Source of the DNA: Minisyncoccota bacterium
GTDB taxonomy: Bacteria; Patescibacteriota; Minisyncoccia; UBA6257; JAGOQP01
Reading direction: 5' to 3'
Length of the DNA: 64,000 bases
NCBI GenBank assembly: GCA_041661795.1
Contig: JBAZTS010000001.1
Span: 124,161 to 188,160, forward strand
Part shown: positions 1-7,405 of the stretch, piece after piece
Layout of the letters: each line of letters opens with the position of its first letter
How positions within the stretch are numbered: position 1 is the stretch's first letter
Made by a program: the position numbers and the translations under genes
The notes under the pieces: model-generated
The model's input: the letters and a program-made list of their open reading frames with translations, nothing else
Database searches by the model: none
Told to the model about the DNA's origin: nothing

Positions 1-283
1 AAAATTTTGATTTGGCGTCAATGGCGGTATTGGCAGATGTATTGACAAAAGTAAATTTGAAAGCCACTTGATCGCCTGGAACTATATTATTAAGTTGGTT
101 GGTCCAGTTTTGTGTCCCCGATTGATTATGATTACCCACCAGAAACATTCCGCTTGAAGAAAAACTGGCCTGACTGACCGCAAAGACATTTGTGGGAACC
201 TGAGAAACTAAAACCAATCCGATTAAAAGGATTGCTGGAAACTTTTTTGATATTTTCTTCAAAAAATTTATATATTTATTCAT
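1..283 (-). CDS. Secreted protein, 5' part only (runs off window)
   Basis: Hand translation from ATG 283: MNKYINFLKKISKKFPAILLIGLVLVSQVPTNVFA (signal peptide) then ...PGDQVAFKFTFVNT, open to the window edge. Confidence 0.7.
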   Translation of the reverse strand, partial: MNKYINFLKKISKKFPAILLIGLVLVSQVPTNVFAVSQASFSSSGMFLVGNHNQSGTQNWTNQLNNIVPGDQVAFKFTFVNTSANTAIDAKSKF

Positions 284-457
284 ATTTTTATTTTTGTTTA
301 ATCTTTGGATGATAGCATATCTATAGTACAAAGTCAATACCTTGACAAATGAATCAAATCCAAGCCAAAAAGTTCATAAAAACACTTTGGTTTGGAGAGG
401 ACTTGCGATGGCTGCTTGCCAAAGCAAGTCCTCTTCCGGACGTGTACGTTGTTGAAA

Positions 458-1291
458 CTACGGAATGGTCGGACCTTCTGGGACGACGATAGGCTGTTTT
501 TTGTCGCCACCTCCCCGGGAAACAACTACTCCTCCAACGAGTAGAGCGACACCGCCGGCGATCCACCTGCCGTTGTGGTTGTTGATGTCCAGACGAACTT
601 CGTCGGACGTCTCTCCTCCGACACCAGTGCAGACCACCGTGTATAACTCGTCGTGAGTCAGTGGTGGCGTTTCCACCGACCCATCTGTTGATCCACCAGT
701 GTGAAAACCCTTGCCCGTCAGCGAGTGGCACTCGGTGGCATTCTGCGAATACCACACAAGTGTCACCGATGACTTCCTTTTGATCTTTTCTGTTACCTCG
801 TTGCCTTTGATCCTGGCAACAATAGTAACAGTCGGAGCAATCGGACTTGAAACGACGGGCGGTTGCTCAACAGGCAGAGCCGGAACTTCTCTGACAACCT
901 CCACTACTTCCGGCGGAAGCTGAGGAGGTGCGCAGTCCAGTCGACCACGAGGGTTGGCGGGTGAGATGAGCTTAAGATCGTCATTAAAACAGGCGCGAAT
1001 TTTAAGCCATTCCCCTGACTCCTTGGCTTTGACAAACGAAGTTCCTGGCTGGACTTCGCAAGTCACCCTACCGATCGAGTTGTTGTCCTTCCTGTAGTTC
1101 ATGGAAAAGACTGCTGGCTCTTGCAGAGTGAAGAGGCACTGAGTATTCCAGTCAACTTCACCCTCTGGATTCACGGGCCGTTGCATCAGTTGGCACGGCT
1201 TCACGTTGTCGTTCGGCGCTGATGCCCCGACAACAATCGTCGGGACGAAAAAGATCAGCGCGGTTAGCAAACCGAAAAGAACTCGCTTCAT
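458..1291 (-). CDS. GC-rich secreted/surface protein with Pro-rich linker, Ig/PKD-like segment and C-terminal hydrophobic stretch
   Basis: 278-aa ORF with signal peptide; GGAGG at 1297-1301 lies 5 nt before ATG 1291; motif VTLVWYSQNATEC...YTVVCTG. Confidence 0.7.
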   Translation of the reverse strand: MKRVLFGLLTALIFFVPTIVVGASAPNDNVKPCQLMQRPVNPEGEVDWNTQCLFTLQEPAVFSMNYRKDNNSIGRVTCEVQPGTSFVKAKESGEWLKIRACFNDDLKLISPANPRGRLDCAPPQLPPEVVEVVREVPALPVEQPPVVSSPIAPTVTIVARIKGNEVTEKIKRKSSVTLVWYSQNATECHSLTGKGFHTGGSTDGSVETPPLTHDELYTVVCTGVGGETSDEVRLDINNHNGRWIAGGVALLVGGVVVSRGGGDKKQPIVVPEGPTIP

Positions 1292-1479
1292 CAAAACCTC
1301 CCTCGGTACGCCATAGCTTTTTAAGCGTTGGCAACCTGTCCGTAGTTCATTGGTTTCAAGGTGCTACTTAAGCTTGGAAGATATAACAAAATGCCCATTC
1401 TGTCAATCTGGATAATAAAAACCCAGTTAATTAAAAAGCCGCATAAACGGCAAAAAAATTTCACTATTTAACCTAATAT

Positions 1480-2109
1480 CTACCCAATAACCAAAGGCAC
1501 AAATGAAAACCCAGGGAACGACTTCTCTATAAAGTCGTTTTTAGCGGTTTTGTCCAAAACTACGATGCTATTTTTAACCGGAGTCACAATCCTGCCTCCT
1601 ATTTTTAATTGTTCTTTCCAACTAGTTGGAATTTCATCACAAGTAGCGGCTGAAATAATTTTGTCGTAAGGAGAATTCTCTTCAAACCCTTTTGAACCGT
1701 CCCCTAAAATTAATTTAATATTATTAAAAACTTCGTTCACGTGTTTAGAAATATTTTTTTCTGCCATTTCTTTGAACTCTGGAATAACCTCTATTGCGGT
1801 TATATTCCCCGTATTGCTTATCATATGAGCAATTAACATCGTTTGCCATCCGGAACCTGCGCCGATTTCCAAAACATTATCCCCTTCTTTTAAATCCAAA
1901 AGCTCTAACATAAAAGCAACCGTCAATGGCTGAGAGATTGTTTGGTTATATCCAATAGCCAGAGGTTCGTTTATATATGCTAAATCTTTTGACGCTTCCT
2001 GAATAAAATCTTTTCTGTCTATGTTTTTAAAAGCGTCTATCAAACGCTCATTTTTTAAATATCCAAAATCAATAAGTTCTTGAATTAGTTGTTCGTTGGT
2101 TTCTATCAT
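1480..2109 (-). CDS. pcm: Protein-L-isoaspartate O-methyltransferase
   Basis: QTISQP, VLEIGAGSGW (SAM motif I), PYDKI, QLKIGGRIV, FSFVPL. Confidence 0.93.
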   Translation of the reverse strand: MIETNEQLIQELIDFGYLKNERLIDAFKNIDRKDFIQEASKDLAYINEPLAIGYNQTISQPLTVAFMLELLDLKEGDNVLEIGAGSGWQTMLIAHMISNTGNITAIEVIPEFKEMAEKNISKHVNEVFNNIKLILGDGSKGFEENSPYDKIISAATCDEIPTSWKEQLKIGGRIVTPVKNSIVVLDKTAKNDFIEKSFPGFSFVPLVIG

Positions 2110-2156
2110 ACATATTTACTTTAAACTTTTAACCTCTAACTTTCAACAGATTGTAC

Positions 2157-2200
2157 TTATCCACAGTTATATTGACCATTTTAAATTTATATGATATAGT
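2157..2200 (+). promoter_or_regulatory. Sigma70 promoter with adjacent DnaA box
   Basis: TTATCCACA 2157-2165; TTGACC 2172-2177, 17-nt spacer, TGnTATAGT ending at 2200. Confidence 0.65.
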
Positions 2201-2342
2201 TATCCTTTCGCACATAACAAAGAAGGAGGGTATCGTCAGTGTAGAATACGGAACGTGGCCAACATCAATCCGCAAGAAGTGAACGGGAGAGAGGTGGCTC
2301 TCCCACTACCGTCCCGACTGCGTCGGGACAGGAAAGGAAAAC

Positions 2343-2654
2343 ATGAACAGAGTGGTCTGCGTAACGGAGTTTGGGGTCGGAGTGACGCCAAGGATGTACA
2401 CCCTTGGCGCCGCGATGGAGAGAATCAAGAGAATGGTCCCTGTGATGGGCACCCATCGAATCGAAGTCAGAATCGATCCGGTTGACACCGAGCCCGATGG
2501 TCATCTGGCCATCGTCGTCCCTGTCCCCAACAAGATCAAGGGCAACCACAGGATCGACAACCTGTTCGCTGGAATTCCTGAGGCGGTAAGCCAGGGAAGA
2601 TCGGTGATGATCCGCCCCGAGCCTCGTCGAAACACCCACGGCCAGCTCTGGTAA
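2343..2654 (+). CDS. GC-rich orphan hypothetical protein
   Basis: 103-aa ORF downstream of a strong promoter, purine-rich GGAAAGGAAAAC before ATG, followed by hairpins at 2668-2704 and 2779-2809. Confidence 0.5.
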   Translation: MNRVVCVTEFGVGVTPRMYTLGAAMERIKRMVPVMGTHRIEVRIDPVDTEPDGHLAIVVPVPNKIKGNHRIDNLFAGIPEAVSQGRSVMIRPEPRRNTHGQLW

Positions 2655-2859
2655 AACATCCGCAACCGGAGGCACGTCGGGCCTCAAAACCCCGGCGTGC
2701 CTCCGCTCAACTCGCACATTTTACAACCATCCCAAAAAACAGCGCTTCGCACGTCTAACGGGATAAGCAGCACCCATAAAACGCGCTTGGTATTCACCAG
2801 GGCGTTTTGCTTTATATAGAATTGAAAAAATGATAAATTTTGTTTATCTTTAAGATGTT

Positions 2860-2930
2860 GGGCGCTTAGGTAAGTGGTATACCTGCGGTCTCCAAAACCG
2901 CTGTCGGGGGTTCGATTCCCTCAGCGCCCG
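2860..2930 (+). tRNA. tRNA-Trp(CCA)
   Basis: Acceptor GGGCGCT/AGCGCCC; anticodon arm GCGGT-CTCCAAA-ACCGC; TTCGATT T-loop. Confidence 0.95.
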
Positions 2931-2943
2931 CATTCTAAAAATC

Positions 2944-3459
2944 ATGAAAAAAGAAGCTCTAAACAGAATACTCATTGTTGGAGACGCTGGCAGGGGTAAG
3001 TCTTCGCTTGCTTCAAAAATTTCCACAAAATTAGGAATACAACATTATTCAACTGATGATTTTTATTACGAAGTAAAGTTTTCAAAATTACGAGACAGAC
3101 AAGAAAGTATTAATACTATCTCAAAAATCTTTCAAAATGAGAGATGGATTATTGAAGGTACTACGAGGCATTTAATTATACTTGGACTAGATTCTGCGGA
3201 TATAATTATTCACCTTAGATATAAAAACATACTAATTCAGTGGCTGGTTCTCATAAAAAGATATTTTGAGAGAAGTGGTAAAGTTATTGACAACATCGGG
3301 GGGTTATTAAAACTAATGAAGCATGTTCTATATAAAAAACATCATCTTGGATACAGAAAAGGTAAACTCACGCCAACTGAGATTATTGAACTCCATAAAC
3401 ATAAAGTAATTACACTTTCTTCTTTTAAAGAAATTGACAAGTTTATAAATTCTTTATAA
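2944..3459 (+). CDS. P-loop kinase-like protein (adenylate kinase-like/topology modulation family)
   Basis: RILIVGDAGRGKSSL Walker A, STDDF, WIIEG. Confidence 0.75.
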   Translation: MKKEALNRILIVGDAGRGKSSLASKISTKLGIQHYSTDDFYYEVKFSKLRDRQESINTISKIFQNERWIIEGTTRHLIILGLDSADIIIHLRYKNILIQWLVLIKRYFERSGKVIDNIGGLLKLMKHVLYKKHHLGYRKGKLTPTEIIELHKHKVITLSSFKEIDKFINSL

Positions 3460-3587
3460 TTGAGATTTTATGTTGAACCAGGGCAAGTTTATTAAATTAA
3501 CTAAGTATATTAAATCCTTCAAAAACACTATTCCATTTAAGAACCATTGTTTGTATGGTGTTCCACTCTAGGATTTGAAAGCCCGCA

Positions 3588-3622
3588 ATAAAAAAATAAT
3601 CCCATTGGGATTATTTTTTTAT
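3588..3622. terminator. Bidirectional intrinsic terminator
   Basis: ATAAAAAAATAATCCC-ATT-GGGATTATTTTTTTAT between convergent units; overlaps the rpmG stop. Confidence 0.65.
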
Positions 3623-3781
3623 CTCAACATGCTTAGTGTGTTTCCTGCACCACTTGCAATGTTTGGAAAGTTCTAATTTTTTCTCGTTAGTTTTTTTGTT
3701 CTTACGAGTATAATAATTAATTCTTTTACAAACAGAACATTTAAGTTTTATTAAATTTTCCGAAAATTTTGACTTTGCCAT
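3611..3781 (-). CDS. rpmG: 50S ribosomal protein L33 (not in ORF track)
   Basis: Hand translation MAKSKFSENLIKLKCSVCKRINYYTRKNKKTNEKKLELSKHCKWCRKHTKHVEIKK, two CxxC. Confidence 0.95.
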   Translation of the reverse strand: MAKSKFSENLIKLKCSVCKRINYYTRKNKKTNEKKLELSKHCKWCRKHTKHVEIKK

Positions 3782-3870
3782 GTACAGTAGAGAATAACCT
3801 TAAAAAAATAAAAAATCAAGTGATTATTATTGATTTATCAAGATATTTTTTATATTCTAAATAGGTTACT

Positions 3871-3958
3871 GGGTAGGTAGTCTCGTAGGGGCCGAGGGCG
3901 GTCTGTAAAACCGTTGGCCAATGTGCTCGCGTGAGTTCGACTCTCACCCTACCCACCA
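3871..3958 (+). tRNA. tRNA-Tyr(GTA)
   Basis: Acceptor GGGTAGG/CCTACCC; loop CTGTAAA; long variable arm; encoded CCA. Confidence 0.92.
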
Positions 3959-3960
3959 CA

Positions 3961-4032
3961 GCCACCTTAGCTCAGCGGTAGAGCAACACTTTTGTAAAGT
4001 GAAGGTCCTCGGTTCAAATCCGAGAGGTGGCT
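3961..4032 (+). tRNA. tRNA-Thr(TGT)
   Basis: Acceptor GCCACCT/AGGTGGC; loop TTTGTAA; TTCAAAT T-loop. Confidence 0.93.
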
Positions 4033-4040
4033 CAGATAAA

Positions 4041-4082
4041 TCAAAAATAAAATTCCCTTTTTGGAGGGAATTTTATTTTTGA
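4041..4082. terminator. Bidirectional terminator between convergent tRNA-Thr genes
   Basis: TCAAAAATAAAATTCCCT / AGGGAATTTTATTTTTGA inverted repeat. Confidence 0.7.
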
Positions 4083-4154
4083 GCCAATGGCCGGAATTGA
4101 ACCGGCGACCTACTCCTTACCATGGAGTTGCTCTACCAGCTGAGCTACATTGGC
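4082..4154 (-). tRNA. tRNA-Thr(GGT)
   Basis: Reverse complement GCCAATG...ACTCC-ATGGTAA-GGAGT...TTCAATT...CATTGGC. Confidence 0.93.
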
Positions 4155-4177
4155 GGTATTTAATTGTAGCGTACAAA

Positions 4178-4537
4178 TTATTCTTCTTCGCTCTTTTCTT
4201 CTTTATTTTCAGAATGTATCTCGCTTATTATATTCTGACCGATTCCATTTTGTCCATCGTTTTTATCTTTGATGTTTTCAATATGTTTTCCAACAAAATT
4301 ATCCATTTTCATAAGAATTAGTTTTGACCTCCTTAAAATTCTTGCTAGAATACTATTAAACTTTTTATCAACCGCTCCCATCCATTTCGAACCCCCTATA
4401 AAAATAGTCAGCTTTGATTTATTTTCAGATCCATTGGTAAAAAAACTATTATCCACTACTGGAAGTTTTTTAGCCAACATATAAACCATAAGACCAAGGC
4501 AGATAAAGAAGATTATTTCAACAACAAAATAGAACAT
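4178..4537 (-). CDS. Hypothetical membrane-anchored protein
   Basis: N-terminal TM helix; co-oriented directly after tsf. Confidence 0.7.
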   Translation of the reverse strand: MFYFVVEIIFFICLGLMVYMLAKKLPVVDNSFFTNGSENKSKLTIFIGGSKWMGAVDKKFNSILARILRRSKLILMKMDNFVGKHIENIKDKNDGQNGIGQNIISEIHSENKEEKSEEE

Positions 4538-4545
4538 ACCGTTTA

Positions 4546-4986
4546 TTATAACTCATATCGGCAGAATCTTTCCACCTTTATATTCTCACCGGTTTTAGCA
4601 ATTACTTGAGATACCAGATCGGATATTTTAAATGACTCATCTTTGACATAGGGCTGTTCCAAAAGCTCATTAACATCAGTCGGATTCATTGAGGCAACTT
4701 GCATGGCCAATTCTTTAGCCAAAGATTGGAAGACATCATTTTTGGCGACAAAATCCGTCTCACATCTGACTTCAATCATAGCTCCAATTCTTAAGCCGTG
4801 AATATAAGTAGCCAAAGTTCCAGATCCAGTTTTTCTTTCGGCTCTTTTCTCTGCTTTAGCAAAACCTCTTTCAAAAATAAGTTTTTTGGCTTCTTCTATA
4901 TTACCCTTGGCATCTTCCAAGGCCTTACTGCATTCCATTACTCCAGCTCCGGTTTCTTCTCTAAGTTTGATTAAATCCGAGTTCAT
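4546..4986 (-). CDS. tsf: Elongation factor Ts (short form)
   Basis: [28 protein letters not shown]; follows rpsB. Confidence 0.95.
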   Translation of the reverse strand: MNSDLIKLREETGAGVMECSKALEDAKGNIEEAKKLIFERGFAKAEKRAERKTGSGTLATYIHGLRIGAMIEVRCETDFVAKNDVFQSLAKELAMQVASMNPTDVNELLEQPYVKDESFKISDLVSQVIAKTGENIKVERFCRYEL

Positions 4987-4990
4987 ATTG

Positions 4991-5752
4991 TTAATTGTTG
5001 CTCAGTTTACTGATAATTCTATTAACTACCCAATTTATTGAAGACCTTGAATGATCGTTGGCAGGAATAAACAAATCAAAATCATTTGGGTTGTCATCAT
5101 TATCTATTATACCAACAACGAGAATTTTCTTCTTTTTTGCCTCCTTAATAGCAGTAATGTGATTTTTGATTGACGAGTCAATAACCAAAAGAATGTCGGG
5201 TATTTTAATATAGTTATCAAGCCCCAAAAAACTTTGACCCATCTTGTCTACTTCCCTTTTTATCAATAACCTTTCTTTTTTGGTATAACCCTCAAACTTT
5301 CCTTCTTCAAGGTCTTTTTTCCTTTTTTTAAAATATTCTATTCTTTTATAAAGAATAGAAAAGTTGGTAACAAGCCCCCCTATCCATTTATTAATAACGT
5401 AAGACGAATTTTCCAAAGATTTAGCTAAATTTAAAACCGAATCTTTGGCGGACGGTTGAGTTCCCACAATCATAAATGTCTTTTTTTCATCTTTGTTCTT
5501 TTTGATAAATTCGGCAACCGTGTCTGTGGCTTTTAGAGTTTTAGCCAAATCAATTATTTCAACTCCATTCCTACTCGTAAAAATAAATTCCTCAAACTTA
5601 GGATTTCGTCTTGATTTTTTGTGACCATAAAAAACTCCGGCTTTAGCCATTTCTAATACGATCTCGTCATTCTCTGAAGAAAAAACCTCCTCAGTTTGAC
5701 CAGCGGATTCATTTTGGTCATCTTTTTTTAATTCTTCGTTTATATCTTGCAT
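4991..5752 (-). CDS. rpsB: 30S ribosomal protein S2
   Basis: [30 protein letters not shown]; start placed at MQDINEE (5752). Confidence 0.95.
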   Translation of the reverse strand: MQDINEELKKDDQNESAGQTEEVFSSENDEIVLEMAKAGVFYGHKKSRRNPKFEEFIFTSRNGVEIIDLAKTLKATDTVAEFIKKNKDEKKTFMIVGTQPSAKDSVLNLAKSLENSSYVINKWIGGLVTNFSILYKRIEYFKKRKKDLEEGKFEGYTKKERLLIKREVDKMGQSFLGLDNYIKIPDILLVIDSSIKNHITAIKEAKKKKILVVGIIDNDDNPNDFDLFIPANDHSRSSINWVVNRIISKLSNN

Positions 5753-5754
5753 AA

Positions 5755-5830
5755 TACAAAAGCTGCGCCCCCCGCAGCATGTCTTAGGTTGCATCACCTT
5801 TTTAAGGCAAAGACCAAAGATAGGGTTTTA
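5755..5830 (-). promoter_or_regulatory. Structured rpsB leader (possible S2 autoregulatory RNA)
   Basis: GC-rich hairpins (GTCTTTG...CTAAGAC; GCTGCG-GGGG-CGCAGC) immediately 5' of the rpsB start. Confidence 0.45.
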
Positions 5831-5874
5831 ATTGTTCTTTTATTATATACGAAGGTTGTTCAAAAAATCAAGTC

Positions 5875-6567
5875 CTAAATACCTCTCCACTCTTCTATCT
5901 TTTTATGGTCTCCTGACAAAAGAACCTTAGGAACAGACCATTTTCGGCCCGAGGCCGATCCGCCTTGGGCGGACTTTCCATCGGGGCTAAAAACTTCTGG
6001 ACGAGTATAGGTTGGATAACTTCCCTTTAATTCTTCTAAGGATTCTTTTTTCCCAAGAACTCCAGGAATAAATCTGGAAACCGAATCAACTAAGACCATC
6101 GCCGGTATCTCGCCGCCAGAAAGAATAAAATCCCCTATTGATATTTCTTCATCGGCAATATGTTTGGCCACCCTTTCATCAACTCCTTCATATCTGCCAC
6201 AAATTAAAATTAAATTGTTATACTTAGACAATCTTTGAGCAATTTTATTATCAAACTTTTTACCTCTTGTTGAAAACAAAATCACTCTTATCCTAGTAGT
6301 AGAACTTCGTTCACTATGGGACTTCGCTTTGCTCGTTTTTGACTTTATATTTTCCACTGCTTTATATATTGGTCCAACTTTTAAAACCATCCCCGGTCCT
6401 CCCCCAAAAGGACTATCATCTATCTTTTTATGCTTGTCCTTAGCCCATTTTCTGATGTTATATGTTTTTATAGATATCAATTTGTTTTTCTGAGCGCGCC
6501 CTAAAATTGACGATTTAAAATAATCTTCAAAAACATCGGGAATAGCTGAAAGAATGTGAAAAATCAT
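5875..6567 (-). CDS. trmD: tRNA (guanine37-N1)-methyltransferase
   Basis: DDSPFGGGPGMV, CGRYEGVDER, SIGDFILSGGE, VLLSGDH; two small insertions. Confidence 0.97.
   Translation of the reverse strand: MIFHILSAIPDVFEDYFKSSILGRAQKNKLISIKTYNIRKWAKDKHKKIDDSPFGGGPGMVLKVGPIYKAVENIKSKTSKAKSHSERSSTTRIRVILFSTRGKKFDNKIAQRLSKYNNLILICGRYEGVDERVAKHIADEEISIGDFILSGGEIPAMVLVDSVSRFIPGVLGKKESLEELKGSYPTYTRPEVFSPDGKSAQGGSASGRKWSVPKVLLSGDHKKIEEWRGI
5944..5973. repeat. 30-nt double-hairpin repeat, in frame in trmD
   Basis: TCGGCC-CGA-GGCCGA TCCGCC-TTG-GGCGGA; encodes SAQGGSASGR. Confidence 0.85.
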
Positions 6568-6583
6568 AGATATAAGTTTAACA

Positions 6584-6617
6584 AAAAACCGTCCCGATTG
6601 AAATCGGGACGGTTTTT
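6584..6617. terminator. Intrinsic terminator after rpsP-khpA
   Basis: AAAAACCGTCCCGATT / AATCGGGACGGTTTTT. Confidence 0.75.
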
Positions 6618-6620
6618 ATT

Positions 6621-6929
6621 TTACAAATTTTTCAAATCTTCAACTGTTTGATCAACCCTAGAAGAAGGTCCTGTCCCTCCCTCTGGCTCTAAAATTTTAA
6701 GATTGACGCGAGCGTTGTTTTTCATACCAACGATTCTCAAAAGAGAACGGATGGCTTTGGCTGTTGATCCCTGTCTTCCGACAATTTGTCCCATGTCGGC
6801 CTTATGAACTTTAAGGGTCAAAAGCACTCCCATTTCATCAATTTTTCTTTCTACTTCTACGTCGTTTGGATTGTCAACCAAAGATTTGACGAGAAAATCC
6901 AAGAATTCTTGATCTCTGAATGTTTCCAT
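6621..6929 (-). CDS. khpA: KH-domain RNA-binding protein
   Basis: LVDNPNDV, DMGQIVGRQGSTAKAIRSLL; rpsP-khpA-trmD synteny. Confidence 0.9.
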   Translation of the reverse strand: METFRDQEFLDFLVKSLVDNPNDVEVERKIDEMGVLLTLKVHKADMGQIVGRQGSTAKAIRSLLRIVGMKNNARVNLKILEPEGGTGPSSRVDQTVEDLKNL

Positions 6930-6962
6930 GAATAACTTTCTTGCTTGCTATTTATCGACCTT

Positions 6963-7370
6963 TTAAACACTAACCTGTTCCGATGATTCTTGATTTTGTT
7001 CTGGAATAGAATTTTCTACCGGCTGTTCTGCCGGAATTGTCTCTTGGACGGGTTCGGCACTTTGATTTTCAGGAACGACAACTGATGCCTGTTCAATCGG
7101 TTTTTTGGATTTCTTATGCATAGGAATTTTGACTCCCTCTATAGCTCCGGCTGAAATCAAAATATTATGGATAGAACCGCTCGGTTGAGCTCCATTATCT
7201 ATCCATTTTTTTACCTTCTCCTTGGCAACAAGAAACTTATTAGTATGAGGATTATACCATCCCAGGTCTTCAATAAATTTACCTTTCAATTTGGACCCCT
7301 TTTGACTGACTACTATTCTGTAAGAAATTTGTTTTTTCTTGCCTATCGGTTTTAGTTTTATGGTTAACAT
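6963..7370 (-). CDS. rpsP: 30S ribosomal protein S16 with acidic C-terminal tail
   Basis: YRIVV, GKFIEDLGWYNP, WIDNGAQPS. Confidence 0.96.
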   Translation of the reverse strand: MLTIKLKPIGKKKQISYRIVVSQKGSKLKGKFIEDLGWYNPHTNKFLVAKEKVKKWIDNGAQPSGSIHNILISAGAIEGVKIPMHKKSKKPIEQASVVVPENQSAEPVQETIPAEQPVENSIPEQNQESSEQVSV

Positions 7371-7405
7371 AATCTTTGGTATCCTAATATTAAATTAATC
7401 AAAAG

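Noticed and set aside
2157-2165. Replication origin
   Set aside because: Isolated DnaA boxes only, with no cluster and no dnaA/dnaN nearby; matches near 32765 and 60634 are inside genes encoding V-D-K.
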